A stretch of 64,000 bases of DNA from Candidatus Poseidoniaceae archaeon (GCA_943788295.1 CALSPS010000006.1:26192-90191); one strand, 5' to 3'; shown: positions 46,595-57,822, counted from the stretch's first letter. The notes: a model not told the origin generated them from the letters alone. Program-made: numbers and translations.

Positions 46595-48802
46595 TTGGGG
46601 GTCAAATCAACTGGTTGCATTGCATTCATGCTGTTGGTGATGCTTTCTATGCCTGTGGCCTCAAGTGCGTCAACCATATCGTTCACTGGCGCCACTACCG
46701 TGGAGGCCACTGACGGATCTTCCGCCCTAACCATTGATTCTGAACAGAAATACCTAGCGAGCGGTTACGATGACCACATGGCCATTATGTGGCTAGAAAA
46801 TTTGTCGCTGATTGAAATTATTGATGTTGATCGACCCGTCGAATCGCTGGAATTTTCGCCAGATGGTTCTCAATTGGCCATTGCGATATCAGGTTCTGAA
46901 ACGAAGGTCGACACCATTCAATTATTCGATGTCCAAAGCATGACCATGAGCGCTAAGCAGCAAGCTGCAAACGCACGGCCAGTGGACATTGCCTGGTCCC
47001 CAGATGGTCTTTTGCTCGCCGTTCCAAACGCCAATAATGGCATTGATTTAATCCGTATTTCCGATATGGAAATTGAGCGGAGTTTGACTGGTGAGCATAA
47101 CACGGACGTAACATGTGTCGGATTCACAAGCAATGGTGGCCACATCATCAGCGGAGATGAGTCTGGGCGAATGGTTATGTGGAACAGCGATGGTACGCCA
47201 ACATCCAAAAAATGGGAGTTTGGGAATGAACTCAAAGCATGTTCCTTTGATCCAACTGACACACGCATAGCATCGCTTACCACAGACGGAGCGTTGAACA
47301 CCTTCTCCTTCGCCGGTGGTGCATTACAAAGCACGCAATTCACTTCCGGAGGCGGCATGTCATGGTCTCACGAGGGGACCTACATTCACTTGACTGAAAA
47401 CGGAGATGAACCGCGATTACTGACGCTGGATGCTTCTACATTTGAACAAGTGGAAGCAACCTCTATGGCTCATCAGGTGCTCGATGTTGCAACTATCGAA
47501 AACCAATTTGGGTTAATCCAAGAATTCTACGCAGCGACCAATACTCTTCACTTAGCCGGGTATGGCAGCCATTCCGTGCCTGAAGGAATGGGTGTGGCCG
47601 GAGCTGACCTCGACGGAGACGGCATCCCTGATACCCTTGATGATGACGACGATGGCGATGCGATATTGGACCAGTGGGATACCTACTGCGGCGAGATAGA
47701 AACTGATTGTTCACGCTCCCCTCACGAAGATCATATTCGTTCACTTACGATTCAAATGAACGCCACGCACATGACCATTAAGGATCGGATCAAATTAGAT
47801 ATCGTCCTTTCATCCTCAATCAGAAATATGTCGAGAATATCTGTCATTGAGGATGCCCAACTCAGTGTCAGCGAGACCGATTTATTTGCCCGCTCCATTT
47901 GTGCCAACCACGATGAAACAAGAATCCTCGAACAGTGGAAAGATACGTTGATGCTTTCTGAAGGTCAATTAGAAGGTGGGGTCGTGAACTGCGCGGTAAG
48001 CGAAGGCATGACGCTTCGTGCGCAAAATGATTTCAAAACTCACATCGGTGTTGAATACACTATTTCCTTCAACCTGTCCTCGTCACCGGCATTTCCGTTG
48101 ACTGTTAGGTTCGAAGAGCAAACTGTAGCCACTGATGCGTCATTGACCCATCTTGCAGAAATGCATCCCATTCATGTGGTCCTCTCTGCAAACGGGGCAA
48201 ATGATGTCGAATTGTCTCCTTGGTGGACCACTGAATCTCCTTTGGAACTCACATTGGAAGAACGTGTTGTCAAAGAGCCTACCTTGACTCAGAAAGGTGT
48301 GGGTTTATTCGCTGATTATCCCATTCTCTTTGTCGTCGTCCTTGGCTTCCTTGGAGGAGGTATTTTGCTTGTATTGAGGACTAAAAATACAATGGGAATG
48401 GATCTCAACATCTTTGATGAAGATGATGACGATGAGCCTAGTTCCGAAGAAGACGTGGCTGAACCAAGCGCACAAATTGAGCAAGAAACTTTGAACGAGG
48501 CATCCAATGTTGAAACCGAAACAGAACATCTCGTCGATTCAAAAACTACTGTTCGGGACACAACAAGCGATCGCTCAGTTCAATCAACTAAGCGTAGGAA
48601 AGTGAGCCCATCCACAACCAGAGATGGCCCTATTACAACGGTAAAGAGAAAGCGCTTGGATGGAGGAGGGAACCCTCCTGTCCAGAAGAGATCAACCAGC
48701 AAAAAACGAGTTGTCAAGGTGAGTGAAACGACGAAGCGGAAGACCAGAAGGGTTGTGACTCAAGCCGATAAAGATGAAGAAGACACTTCACCAAGCGAAT
48801 GA
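46595..48802 (+). CDS. Secreted WD40 beta-propeller protein with TSP3-like Ca-binding loop, TM and charged tail
   Basis: Signal peptide; FSPDGSQLA, WSPDGLLLA, H...VTCVGF repeats; DLDGDGIPDTLDDDDDGDAILD; TM ILFVVVLGFLGGGILLVL. Confidence 0.8.
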   Translation: MGVKSTGCIAFMLLVMLSMPVASSASTISFTGATTVEATDGSSALTIDSEQKYLASGYDDHMAIMWLENLSLIEIIDVDRPVESLEFSPDGSQLAIAISGSETKVDTIQLFDVQSMTMSAKQQAANARPVDIAWSPDGLLLAVPNANNGIDLIRISDMEIERSLTGEHNTDVTCVGFTSNGGHIISGDESGRMVMWNSDGTPTSKKWEFGNELKACSFDPTDTRIASLTTDGALNTFSFAGGALQSTQFTSGGGMSWSHEGTYIHLTENGDEPRLLTLDASTFEQVEATSMAHQVLDVATIENQFGLIQEFYAATNTLHLAGYGSHSVPEGMGVAGADLDGDGIPDTLDDDDDGDAILDQWDTYCGEIETDCSRSPHEDHIRSLTIQMNATHMTIKDRIKLDIVLSSSIRNMSRISVIEDAQLSVSETDLFARSICANHDETRILEQWKDTLMLSEGQLEGGVVNCAVSEGMTLRAQNDFKTHIGVEYTISFNLSSSPAFPLTVRFEEQTVATDASLTHLAEMHPIHVVLSANGANDVELSPWWTTESPLELTLEERVVKEPTLTQKGVGLFADYPILFVVVLGFLGGGILLVLRTKNTMGMDLNIFDEDDDDEPSSEEDVAEPSAQIEQETLNEASNVETETEHLVDSKTTVRDTTSDRSVQSTKRRKVSPSTTRDGPITTVKRKRLDGGGNPPVQKRSTSKKRVVKVSETTKRKTRRVVTQADKDEEDTSPSE

Positions 48803-49594
48803 AGATCCTTGGGTGAGATCGCAAGCTTCGACCAAGAATTCTTCTAATCCTTGAATGTGTTCAGGGTCTAAACGATTGAACACTTCTCCAAAGTAACGGT
48901 TCAACCGTTCATATTTGAGGTCTGATTTGGACATCGACCATTCGATCACTGCCTTTCTTGTCACAGGGTCAGTTTCAAAATGTGAAAGGCGATGAAGCAA
49001 GGCTTCCTGTGCGGCTTGCACATCTTCTATTGGTGTGTCTTTTCTGGCAGCGAAGACGCCGAAAACCATTGGCTTTTGAGTTCGATTCAACCATGCTTGA
49101 CCCAAATCGAGTTGAACGCGTTCTGGTTGTTTTTTGGCTTCCTCCAAAGCACGGTCGCCGATGAGAAGGGCTCCATCACATTTCGAAAGCATGGTGGTCA
49201 AATCAGGCCCCATCAAGTGAGTTTGTGGCTTCAAACGTTCTTGTTTCAAAATGTACTTGAGGAGTGCGACGGATGTCATAGAGTCTGTGGGCAATGCGAT
49301 GCTTTTCATGGTTGACAGAGGCATATCGCCAAACACCAAAACGCTTCCAACTTCTCCTTTGCTGCAAATTCCTATTTCGGGGACCAGAACCAGTTCATCT
49401 GCATGTCGCGCATAGTCTGCTGCTGGTATGGGGGCTAAAACGCAATCTCTTCTCAAGAGGTGTCCGGTCAGCCATGAAGGTGGAGCGGGAAGGACTTGCC
49501 ACTCATCGCCAAGGCCATAAAAAAGTGGATCGCAATTAAGGAAGGCCACGCGACCAATGATGCGCTTCCATTGGGGAGGTTGAGGGACTTGCAT
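48788..49594 (-). CDS. mqnA: Chorismate dehydratase
   Basis: GRVAFLN..PL, GEVGSV, SMTSVALL, LLIGDRAL, DLGQAW, PMVFGVF. Confidence 0.92.
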   Translation of the reverse strand: MQVPQPPQWKRIIGRVAFLNCDPLFYGLGDEWQVLPAPPSWLTGHLLRRDCVLAPIPAADYARHADELVLVPEIGICSKGEVGSVLVFGDMPLSTMKSIALPTDSMTSVALLKYILKQERLKPQTHLMGPDLTTMLSKCDGALLIGDRALEEAKKQPERVQLDLGQAWLNRTQKPMVFGVFAARKDTPIEDVQAAQEALLHRLSHFETDPVTRKAVIEWSMSKSDLKYERLNRYFGEVFNRLDPEHIQGLEEFLVEACDLTQGSSFAW

Positions 49595-49602
49595 TTGTCC
49601 AT

Positions 49603-50817
49603 CTACTCCTGTATAACTGTCAATCTTTTGCGGCGTTTTGGTTCAGGTGCAACATAGATTTCAAACCGTTCGTATGTGGTGTTTCTTTGAATTGGGACGC
49701 ACCCTGCATCTTTGATCAAACGGGATAATTGATACCGGTCATGATCCAGTGGTGTTGTCGATCCTGCCAAATGCATGATTGATTCCTTCTGAACAGTCCC
49801 GTCAATATCATCTGCTCCAAATTGAAGAGCGAGTTCTGCCAGTTCATCGCCAATGTTCATCCTGTATGCCTTGATGTGAGGGATTGAATGAAGCATGAGA
49901 CGAGATACTGCAATGGTTCGTAGAATCTCACTTCCCGTCGCTAATTGTGCTTCAGGCAGGCGTGTGTCATCCGGGAGGAAAGGATAGGGGACAAAGCACT
50001 GGAATCCACCCGTTTCTGAGGCAAGTTCGCGCAAAGAGATCATGTGTTCCACTCGTTGTTTGAGCGTTTCAATGGTTCCAAAAAGCATGGTGCAGTTCGT
50101 AGAAAGACCGACTTCGTGGGCCGACCTGTGGATATCAAGATATTCTTGAGAGCTCTCTTTTCCGTTGCAGATAATGGCCCTGACGTCATCGTCTAGAATC
50201 TCTGCACCACCGCCTGGTAATGAACCCAATCCGGCATTCTTCAACCGCTGGAGCGTTTGGGTGTATGAAAGGTTGGAAAGTTGCGAAATATGTTTGATTT
50301 CAACAGCGGTGAGTGCTTTGATGGTAATGTGGGGGAACCGTGATTTTGTTGCGCGGAAAAGTTCCTCATAATGATCAATCCCCCAATCCGGGTGGAGGCC
50401 TCCAACGGAGTGGACTTCATCTACAAATTCGGCATACTGGCCAAGGTCTTCGAGATAATCACTGACATCCATTGCGTACGCATCTTCTGCCTTTTTACTT
50501 CTGCGAAAGGCACAGAATTTACAGGCTAAGACGCAAACATTGGTTTGATTGACATGGACGTTGCTGTTGAAAAACGCCTTGTCATCGAAGCGAGCGGTTC
50601 GAACCTCATGGGCTAACCGGCCAACTTCACTGAGGTTTGGGTGGTTGTAGAGGGTGAGTCCGTCTTCTAATGAGAGTGACTTGCCATCGGCCAATTTTGT
50701 GACCAGCGGTTGGATGGCCTCGCTCCAGTCGGAACCTTGCTGAAGTGATTCTGTCAGGCGCTGTTGCCAATCTTGGTTTGAACCAGCGTCAAACCGCGAT
50801 GTTGTCCATGCTGACAT
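49603..50817 (-). CDS. mqnE: CofH/MqnE-family radical SAM (probably aminofutalosine synthase)
   Basis: TNVCVLACKFCAF, EVHSVGGLHP, KALTAVEI, LPGGGAEI, TMLFG.IE, HIKAY, GADDIDGTV.KE.I.H.AG. Confidence 0.85.
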   Translation of the reverse strand: MSAWTTSRFDAGSNQDWQQRLTESLQQGSDWSEAIQPLVTKLADGKSLSLEDGLTLYNHPNLSEVGRLAHEVRTARFDDKAFFNSNVHVNQTNVCVLACKFCAFRRSKKAEDAYAMDVSDYLEDLGQYAEFVDEVHSVGGLHPDWGIDHYEELFRATKSRFPHITIKALTAVEIKHISQLSNLSYTQTLQRLKNAGLGSLPGGGAEILDDDVRAIICNGKESSQEYLDIHRSAHEVGLSTNCTMLFGTIETLKQRVEHMISLRELASETGGFQCFVPYPFLPDDTRLPEAQLATGSEILRTIAVSRLMLHSIPHIKAYRMNIGDELAELALQFGADDIDGTVQKESIMHLAGSTTPLDHDRYQLSRLIKDAGCVPIQRNTTYERFEIYVAPEPKRRKRLTVIQE

Positions 50818-50872
50818 ATTCGTTCCTACCATGATGCATTCTTGAAGATGTGGATGAACCCATGGGGAAAAT

Positions 50873-53794
50873 TCACTGAGAACCTGGTGTGAAGAAGTTC
50901 GAGTTAACGATGAATTTTCTGAACTCGTCGATGACAAAAACCGAACCGGATACCGCGAATATGATTGCCCAATCCGTCGCAGTTAACACTGTTGTTGACA
51001 TCAAGTCACCCACCAGTAAAGTGGTGAATGGAATGCTGTGTTCTGCAAGTTGAACAAAGAACATCAACAAACCGAGCGAGAATAAAAAGGCGTAATTGAT
51101 CCATTGATTTGAAAATAAACCAAGTTTAAACGCGCTTTCCCTATTGCTTCGGCAATTCATCACGTTAAACAGTTGATAGACAATGAACACGGAGAACGTC
51201 ATGGTTTGAGCATGTTGGAACAATTCCTCGTTTTTTGTTTCCGAGGCCTGAATTGCGGCGAGTTGTTCTTCACTGGCTTCATCGCCCATTCGCTCACCAA
51301 GTTCACATTGGGCGACATCGAATGGAGCCTCTGCTTCAGTTTGCAGCGGGTGGATCTCACAAGTACCCACTCCACCACCTGCAAGGAAGAAGACAATCAG
51401 CGTCCCAGTGACCATCACAGCACCAAGATAGAAGATTAGGGTGATGTCACTGAAATTAGGCATGCCTTCATTGACTGGACGCGGTGGTTGATTCATGACA
51501 TCCCCGTGGTTTTTCTCAACACCAAGCGCGACGGCTGGTGGACCATCCATCAGGATGTTGATCACGAGAATTTGTGTTGCGGTCAAAGGTAAATTCCAAC
51601 CGAACAAGAACGTCGAAATAATGATCAAAGCAACAGCTGCGACGTTCGTAGAGACTTGATAGCGCACGAAATTGCGAATGTTCTGGTAAATTTTGCGACC
51701 TTCTTCAACAGCATGGACAATGTTGGCAAAATTGTCATCTTGGAGCACCATGTCTGCTGCGTCTTTTGCTACGTCAGTACCTGCGATGCCCATTGCAATT
51801 CCGATGTTCGCACGAGATAAAGCGGGGGCGTCATTGACACCATCACCGGTCATGGCCACAATTTCCCCTTGGTCTTGTAGTGATGAGACAATCCGCATTT
51901 TCTGTTCAGGTGTCACTCTGGAGAAGATGGAGGCTTGAGCCGATGCTTCACTCAATTGTTCATCATCAAAATCCGCCAAAGCATTACCGTTGACTGGTGG
52001 TATGCCACCTTCGGTAATGTTCAACTCTCGACCAATGGCTTCCGCAGTGTATTGTTGATCACCAGTGATCATTTTCACGCGGATACCCGCACGCTGACAC
52101 ACTTCAATAGCATCTTTCACTTCGGCTCGTGGCGGGTCCATGATACCAACGAGTCCTAGGAAAATGAAGCTTGATTCAACTGTGTTGATGTCCTCGATGT
52201 CTTCGTCCTCATCAAGACGACGAGCACAAAGTGCGATGACGCGCATGGCTTGTCCTGCCATGGCCTTGTTGGCCTCAGAGGCTAGATCGAAGTCTGCATC
52301 CTCAATAGGAACGATTTCTCCATCTTTAATTTTCCAGTTCACAAGAGAAACATATCCACCGGCACCACCTTTCGAAAAGACCCAACGTTCGCCTTCGTAG
52401 TCGTGAATCACCGACATCCGCTTTCTGTTGGTGTCGAAAAAGAATTCATGGAGCCGTGAATGGCGTTGAGCAAATTTCTTCACATCACCGTTGATTTTCC
52501 AACCAAGAACAGCACATGCTGAGTCTGTTGGGTCGCCAAGCGCCTGCCATTGGCCGTCCACTTTAGAAATTTGAGAGTTATGGCACAGGCTCAAGCATGC
52601 GGCAGAGAGACGGAAGGCAAGATCGCTTTGGTACCCTGAGAGTTCCTCTCCAGTGACTGTTTTTCCGTTGTAAGAGAGTTCACCTTTTGGTTTGAAACCC
52701 TCACCCGAGATTGTAAATGTACCATCCGTAGTGGTCAATTGGCGTGCAGTCATTTGGTTCTTGGTGAGTGTACCGGTTTTGTCAGAGCAAATGACAGTTG
52801 TGGAACCAAGCGTTTCAACAGCCTTCATCCGTCGAATAATCGCTTTGTGTTTGGCCATATTCCGCATACCAAGCGCGAGCGTAATAACAAGGATAATTGG
52901 CAAGCCTTCTGGAACAATGGCAACAAAGATGGCAATGGCCACGATGAATTGTTCAACCGCCACCTCTCGCAAATCGGCTGTCGGATCGCCATAGGCAATC
53001 ATCATCTTGATGGCGACCATGAGAACCGCTACGACAAGCGCTACAATGCCTAGGAATTTACCCAGGGATTCGAGTTTGTGCTCAAGTGGGGTTTTTGGCG
53101 ACTCCGAGCCGACGATATCACTGGCAATCCGGCCAAGTTCGGTGTTCATTCCAATGTTGACCACAATGCCGACAGCACGTCCAGTGGCTACACTTGTGCC
53201 CATGTAAGCCATGTTATTCCTGTCAGCAAGCAATGCCTCGGTAGGGAGCGGTGCTGTGGTTTTCTTGATGCTGTCAGATTCACCAGTCAACGATGATTCA
53301 TCGATTTTGCATTGATAGGACTCGACCACGCGAACGTCGGCTGGCACATTGATGCCTTCTTCCAGTTTGACCACGTCGCCGGGAACCAAGAGGGGCGTAG
53401 GCACCTCTTGCTCAACGCCATCGCGGACAACAATACAACTTGAAACTGCCATTTGTTTGAGCGAATCCATCGCCTGTTCCGCTTGTCCTTCTTGCCAAAA
53501 TCCAAACACTGCATTTGCAGTGAGGACTGAAAAAATGAAAATAGCATCTCCCGGTTGATCTGGATGTATTGAGAGAGCAACAAGAGCAGCTCCGATGAGA
53601 AGATAATTCAGTGGATCGTTGTATTGGGAAAGGAAACGCAACCATGCTGGGGTTTTTTCTGGTTCTTGAAGCTTGTTTTCACCGTACTTAGCTCGTCGAA
53701 TATCAACCTCAGAAGCAGTTAAGCCTTCAGGCTGGGTCTCGAGCGTGAGATAAGTGTCTTCAGAAGTCACATCGTGCCATTGTTGTTGTGCCAT
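50873..53794 (-). CDS. P-type IIA (Ca2+-like) cation-transporting ATPase
   Basis: LTGES, VPEGLP, DKTGTLT, DPPR, MITGD, TGDGVNDAPAL, INILMDGPPA. Confidence 0.93.
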   Translation of the reverse strand: MAQQQWHDVTSEDTYLTLETQPEGLTASEVDIRRAKYGENKLQEPEKTPAWLRFLSQYNDPLNYLLIGAALVALSIHPDQPGDAIFIFSVLTANAVFGFWQEGQAEQAMDSLKQMAVSSCIVVRDGVEQEVPTPLLVPGDVVKLEEGINVPADVRVVESYQCKIDESSLTGESDSIKKTTAPLPTEALLADRNNMAYMGTSVATGRAVGIVVNIGMNTELGRIASDIVGSESPKTPLEHKLESLGKFLGIVALVVAVLMVAIKMMIAYGDPTADLREVAVEQFIVAIAIFVAIVPEGLPIILVITLALGMRNMAKHKAIIRRMKAVETLGSTTVICSDKTGTLTKNQMTARQLTTTDGTFTISGEGFKPKGELSYNGKTVTGEELSGYQSDLAFRLSAACLSLCHNSQISKVDGQWQALGDPTDSACAVLGWKINGDVKKFAQRHSRLHEFFFDTNRKRMSVIHDYEGERWVFSKGGAGGYVSLVNWKIKDGEIVPIEDADFDLASEANKAMAGQAMRVIALCARRLDEDEDIEDINTVESSFIFLGLVGIMDPPRAEVKDAIEVCQRAGIRVKMITGDQQYTAEAIGRELNITEGGIPPVNGNALADFDDEQLSEASAQASIFSRVTPEQKMRIVSSLQDQGEIVAMTGDGVNDAPALSRANIGIAMGIAGTDVAKDAADMVLQDDNFANIVHAVEEGRKIYQNIRNFVRYQVSTNVAAVALIIISTFLFGWNLPLTATQILVINILMDGPPAVALGVEKNHGDVMNQPPRPVNEGMPNFSDITLIFYLGAVMVTGTLIVFFLAGGGVGTCEIHPLQTEAEAPFDVAQCELGERMGDEASEEQLAAIQASETKNEELFQHAQTMTFSVFIVYQLFNVMNCRSNRESAFKLGLFSNQWINYAFLFSLGLLMFFVQLAEHSIPFTTLLVGDLMSTTVLTATDWAIIFAVSGSVFVIDEFRKFIVNSNFFTPGSQ

Positions 53795-53920
53795 GGAATT
53801 CACCAAAGTAGGGCGGACCCTAGAATAAGGGGTTCTATATTGGACTTATGATAATAATGGTGGCATTCCCTTGACTCTAGCAGCGATGCGTTCACAAACT
53901 GGGTTGTTTTGGAAGTTGGT

Positions 53921-55975
53921 ATGAGCGCCGACCATCAGCCGTATATTCCGGCTACTGAATCACCCAGTGAATTGACACTGCGTGTGATTGTGGTTGGAAT
54001 TTTGCTCGGTATTTTGATGACCGCTGCGAATGCATACCTCGGTTTGTATGCAGGGATGACTGTTTCGGCAAGCATACCCGCCGCCGTCATGTCAATGATC
54101 ATCTTACGCGGCATCTTCAACGATGTAAGTATTCTAGAAAATAACGCTGTTCAAACTATGGCAAGCGCTGGAGAGTCCCTAGCGGCTGGCGTGATTTTCA
54201 CCGTACCAGCCATGTTGGTGATTGGTCTTTGGACTGAAATTCAATGGTTCGACACACTCATGATCGCCACTCTTGGTGGGCTATTAGGGACGATGTTTAC
54301 GATTGCCCTAAGGCGTCTTTTCATCGTTGAAGAAGCTTTACCATACCCGGAAGGGGTAGCATGCCGTGAAGTCCTGGTCGCGGGAGAAGAAGGCGGCGAA
54401 GGTGCATTGGCTATTCTTTACGCCTTAGGCATTGGTGCCATTTATGGACTCATGGTAAAGGGATTCGAAGTCACTCACCACACCGTTGAATCGGCCGTTG
54501 GGTTCCTTGGCACTCGTTTGTATGCAGGAATGGATTTGTCCATCGCTTTGCTTTCTGTTGGATACATCGTCGGTGTGCGTATTGCCTCATTCATTTTCTT
54601 GGGAGGTGTCTTGGGGTTCGGACTTCTTGTGCCAATGTACGGCCTTATTCATGGCTGGCCAAATTCGCCAACCCTCGTCGAAGGTTTTTACGACATCTGG
54701 GCTGAACAAATCCGGTATGTTGGTGTCGGTGCAATGGTTGTTGGTGGCGTGTACACGCTCTGGTCAATGAGAAAAACAATCATCACAGGTCTCTCAAAAG
54801 CCCTGATCAAAACGGAGGATGAGACCGAAGAACCACTTCGTACCGAAATCGACTTGCCTCTTGACAAGGTCATCATGTTTTGTGGGTTCCTTGTTCTCAT
54901 GACGTTCCTGTACTATTGGCACGCAACCGGTTCGTTCGGTTTGGCACTGGCTGGCGCCCTGTTCCTTGGCGTGGTTGCGTTCTTTTTCGCTGCAGTTGCC
55001 GGTTACATCGCTGGTGTTGTTGGTTCATCCAATTCACCAGTTTCAGGCATGACCATAGCCACGCTCCTGTTCACTGTAGCGCTCGTTTGGATTGTTGGTG
55101 ATTTCATGCTCGGTTTGGGCACTGAGGAACTCATGCTGGCAACATTGTTAATTGCAGCAGTTGTTGCTTCATCAGCAGCGATTGCTGGAGACGTCATGCA
55201 GGATCTGAAGACCGGCCACATGGTTGGTGCAACACCCTGGCGGCAGCAGGTTGCAGAAATCATTGGTGTGTTAACCGGTGCAGTGGTGATTGGACCAACG
55301 CTTGCGCTTTTGCATAATGCCTTCCAAATTTCCAAGACCGCCTGTGCCAACACAAACCTGAACCTTGCAGTTGCGGACCAATACGACTGCAGCAACGCAC
55401 TCTTTGCACCACAAGCTGAGTTGATTGGCGCCATCATCCAAGGTGCTTTTGGTGGGGACCTCAACCTCCAAATGGTGACCTTGGGGGCAATCATCGCCAT
55501 CGTTTTGATTTATTTGAAAATGCCAGTGATGTCCGTGGCCATTGGAATCTACCTGCCATTGGGCCTTTCAGTTCCAATTATGCTTGGTGGAATCATCTCC
55601 TTCTTCGCTCTAAGAACGGCGCATTACCGAGTGGATGGCCGCCTTGACATGATTCCATCCAAACAAGCCCAATCCGCAGCGAAAGAAGTCGAAAATCGTG
55701 GCGTGCTTATTGGAGCAGGATTCATTGCTGGTGAGTCGATTCTCGGCGTGTTCATTGCCGTGTTGATTGTAGCCGATATCCGTTTGCCAGAAATCTTCGG
55801 CGTGGTCACCCTCAATGATCTCTTCTCGTTGGTCTTCTTTGGTTGGTTCGTGGCTGTGTTCATTTGGCTTGCGACCCGCGCCCTTCCAAAGGGCGGCAAT
55901 CTAATGAGCGATGCTGTTGTTGTCGCCATGGATGTTGCCTCTCGATTCAAGGCTGCGTTGTTGCCCCGAAAGTGA
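53921..55975 (+). CDS. OPT-family oligopeptide transporter
   Basis: ELTLR, NAYLGL.AG.TVSASIPAAV, ILENN.VQT.ASAGE, YPEG.AC, SNSPVSG, QDLKTG..VGATP, APQA. Confidence 0.95.
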   Translation: MSADHQPYIPATESPSELTLRVIVVGILLGILMTAANAYLGLYAGMTVSASIPAAVMSMIILRGIFNDVSILENNAVQTMASAGESLAAGVIFTVPAMLVIGLWTEIQWFDTLMIATLGGLLGTMFTIALRRLFIVEEALPYPEGVACREVLVAGEEGGEGALAILYALGIGAIYGLMVKGFEVTHHTVESAVGFLGTRLYAGMDLSIALLSVGYIVGVRIASFIFLGGVLGFGLLVPMYGLIHGWPNSPTLVEGFYDIWAEQIRYVGVGAMVVGGVYTLWSMRKTIITGLSKALIKTEDETEEPLRTEIDLPLDKVIMFCGFLVLMTFLYYWHATGSFGLALAGALFLGVVAFFFAAVAGYIAGVVGSSNSPVSGMTIATLLFTVALVWIVGDFMLGLGTEELMLATLLIAAVVASSAAIAGDVMQDLKTGHMVGATPWRQQVAEIIGVLTGAVVIGPTLALLHNAFQISKTACANTNLNLAVADQYDCSNALFAPQAELIGAIIQGAFGGDLNLQMVTLGAIIAIVLIYLKMPVMSVAIGIYLPLGLSVPIMLGGIISFFALRTAHYRVDGRLDMIPSKQAQSAAKEVENRGVLIGAGFIAGESILGVFIAVLIVADIRLPEIFGVVTLNDLFSLVFFGWFVAVFIWLATRALPKGGNLMSDAVVVAMDVASRFKAALLPRK

Positions 55976-56056
55976 TATCGGGGCTGACGGCCAACCAATC
56001 CGATGCACAACCATCAAAGGTCGCCCGTTAAGGCCTTAGAAATGGCAGGGGATTAT

Positions 56057-56890
56057 ATGTCAACGAGCATTGAAGAAATTGAAGAAATTGCACGAAAGTG
56101 CAGGGTAGAGATTGTGAAGATGGTCTATCGTGCCCAAGCAGGCCACCCCGGTGGCTCATTATCTGAAATTGATCTGCTCGCTGCGCTGTATGCCACGCGC
56201 ATGCGCGTTCGACCATCGGAGCCAAAATGGAACGACCGAGATCGATTCATATTGTCGAAGGGTCACGCCTCTCCTGGTATGTATGCCATTTTAGCGGAAA
56301 TGGGATTCATCAGCCATGAGGATTTGAAATCATACAGAGTTCTTGGTGGTGTCTGTCAAGGCCACGTTGACATGAAGTGGTGCCCCGGAGTTGATTTCTC
56401 CGCCGGTTCGCTTGGCATGGGCCTGTCGTTTGGAATGGGTTGTGCTATTGCAGCAAGGCTCGACAACAGCGACCGGAGAGCCTTTGTCATGATTGGTGAC
56501 GGAGAAATGCAAGAAGGAAGCGTTTGGGAAGCCGCAATGGCTGCCGCTCATCACGAATTGGGCAATCTAAAGGTGATCTTGGATCGGAACCGCATACAAA
56601 ACGATGATTTTTGTGAGGAACAAATGCGCATGTTCGACATACCGGCAAAGTGGAAGGCTTTTGGTTGGAACGTCAAAGAAATTGACGGACACAACATGCA
56701 AGACGTCATGGACGGACTTGATTTCCTCGAGGCAGAAGAAAATTGCAACGGACCTTCAATTCTTATTGCACACACCATCAAGGGTGGTGGGATTTCTTAC
56801 ATGGAGAACAATCCATCGTTCCACGGAGCTGCTCCAAATGAGGAACAGTACAATCAAGCCATGATGGAACTCGGGGAGGTGGAAGCATGA
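56057..56890 (+). CDS. tktA: Transketolase, N-terminal (TPP-binding) subunit
   Basis: GHPGGSLS, RDRFILSKGH, GSLG.GLS, GDGEMQEG..WEA. Confidence 0.95.
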   Translation: MSTSIEEIEEIARKCRVEIVKMVYRAQAGHPGGSLSEIDLLAALYATRMRVRPSEPKWNDRDRFILSKGHASPGMYAILAEMGFISHEDLKSYRVLGGVCQGHVDMKWCPGVDFSAGSLGMGLSFGMGCAIAARLDNSDRRAFVMIGDGEMQEGSVWEAAMAAAHHELGNLKVILDRNRIQNDDFCEEQMRMFDIPAKWKAFGWNVKEIDGHNMQDVMDGLDFLEAEENCNGPSILIAHTIKGGGISYMENNPSFHGAAPNEEQYNQAMMELGEVEA

Positions 56891-57822
56891 CCCGGATGGC
56901 AGCAACCCGAGATGGTTACGGCCAAGCATTGCTCGACCTTGCAGACAATCCGAAGGTTGTGGTGTTGGAAGCGGATTTAGGAAAATCAACCAAATCCCTT
57001 CACTTTAGAAAAGCACATCCTGAGCGAACAGTTTCATGTGGAATTGGTGAACAAAACATGCTGTTGGTTGGCGCTGGTTTGGCCTCCGCAGGTTACATTC
57101 CATTCGCCAGCACCTTCGCCATCTTCACCGAACGTGCCTTCGAACAAATGAGAAACGGAGTGGCTCGTCCTAATTTGCCAGTCCATCTTTGTGGAAGCCA
57201 CGGTGGTACACACACCGGTACTGACGGATCATCCGCACAATCCATTGAGGACCTCGCAGTGTTCAGGACCCTTCCAAACGTTGTCGTGATGCATCCTTGC
57301 GATGATGTGAGCACTCGAGCACTCACCATGCAATTACCCGCACTTGGAAAACCATCCTACATGCGTACCGCACGCAACAAAACTCCAGTGCTCTACGACG
57401 GAAGGGAAGCCGAGATTCAAATTGGTAAAGGAGTCGTTTTGGAAGAAGGTACAGATGTGGCCATCATCGCTTGTGGCGTTTTGGTATCTGAAGCACTCAA
57501 AGCAGCAAACCGTCTGAAGCAAGAAGGCGTGTCGGCGTGTGTTGTGGATATGCACACCCTCAAACCGCTGGATGGTGCTTTGATTGACAGGCTTGTCGAA
57601 CAATGTGGTGCGCTCGTCACTGCTGAAGATCACAACATCATCGGAGGACTTGGTGGCGCTGTTGCTGAGCACCTCGTTTCGAACACCCTTGCTCCATTGG
57701 AGCGGGTCGGTGTCCCTGATCGGTTTGGAGAGTCAGGACAAGCCGATGAGATGTTGGAAGTCATGCAAATTTCGGCCCCGCACATTGCAAAAGCCGCCCA
57801 GCGAGCTATCACGCGAAAGTGA
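56887..57822 (+). CDS. tktB: Transketolase, C-terminal subunit
   Basis: ATRDGYG, ADLGKST, GIGEQN, RAFEQ, GTDG.SAQ, TLKPLD, EDH..IGGLG. Confidence 0.93.
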   Translation: MTRMAATRDGYGQALLDLADNPKVVVLEADLGKSTKSLHFRKAHPERTVSCGIGEQNMLLVGAGLASAGYIPFASTFAIFTERAFEQMRNGVARPNLPVHLCGSHGGTHTGTDGSSAQSIEDLAVFRTLPNVVVMHPCDDVSTRALTMQLPALGKPSYMRTARNKTPVLYDGREAEIQIGKGVVLEEGTDVAIIACGVLVSEALKAANRLKQEGVSACVVDMHTLKPLDGALIDRLVEQCGALVTAEDHNIIGGLGGAVAEHLVSNTLAPLERVGVPDRFGESGQADEMLEVMQISAPHIAKAAQRAITRK

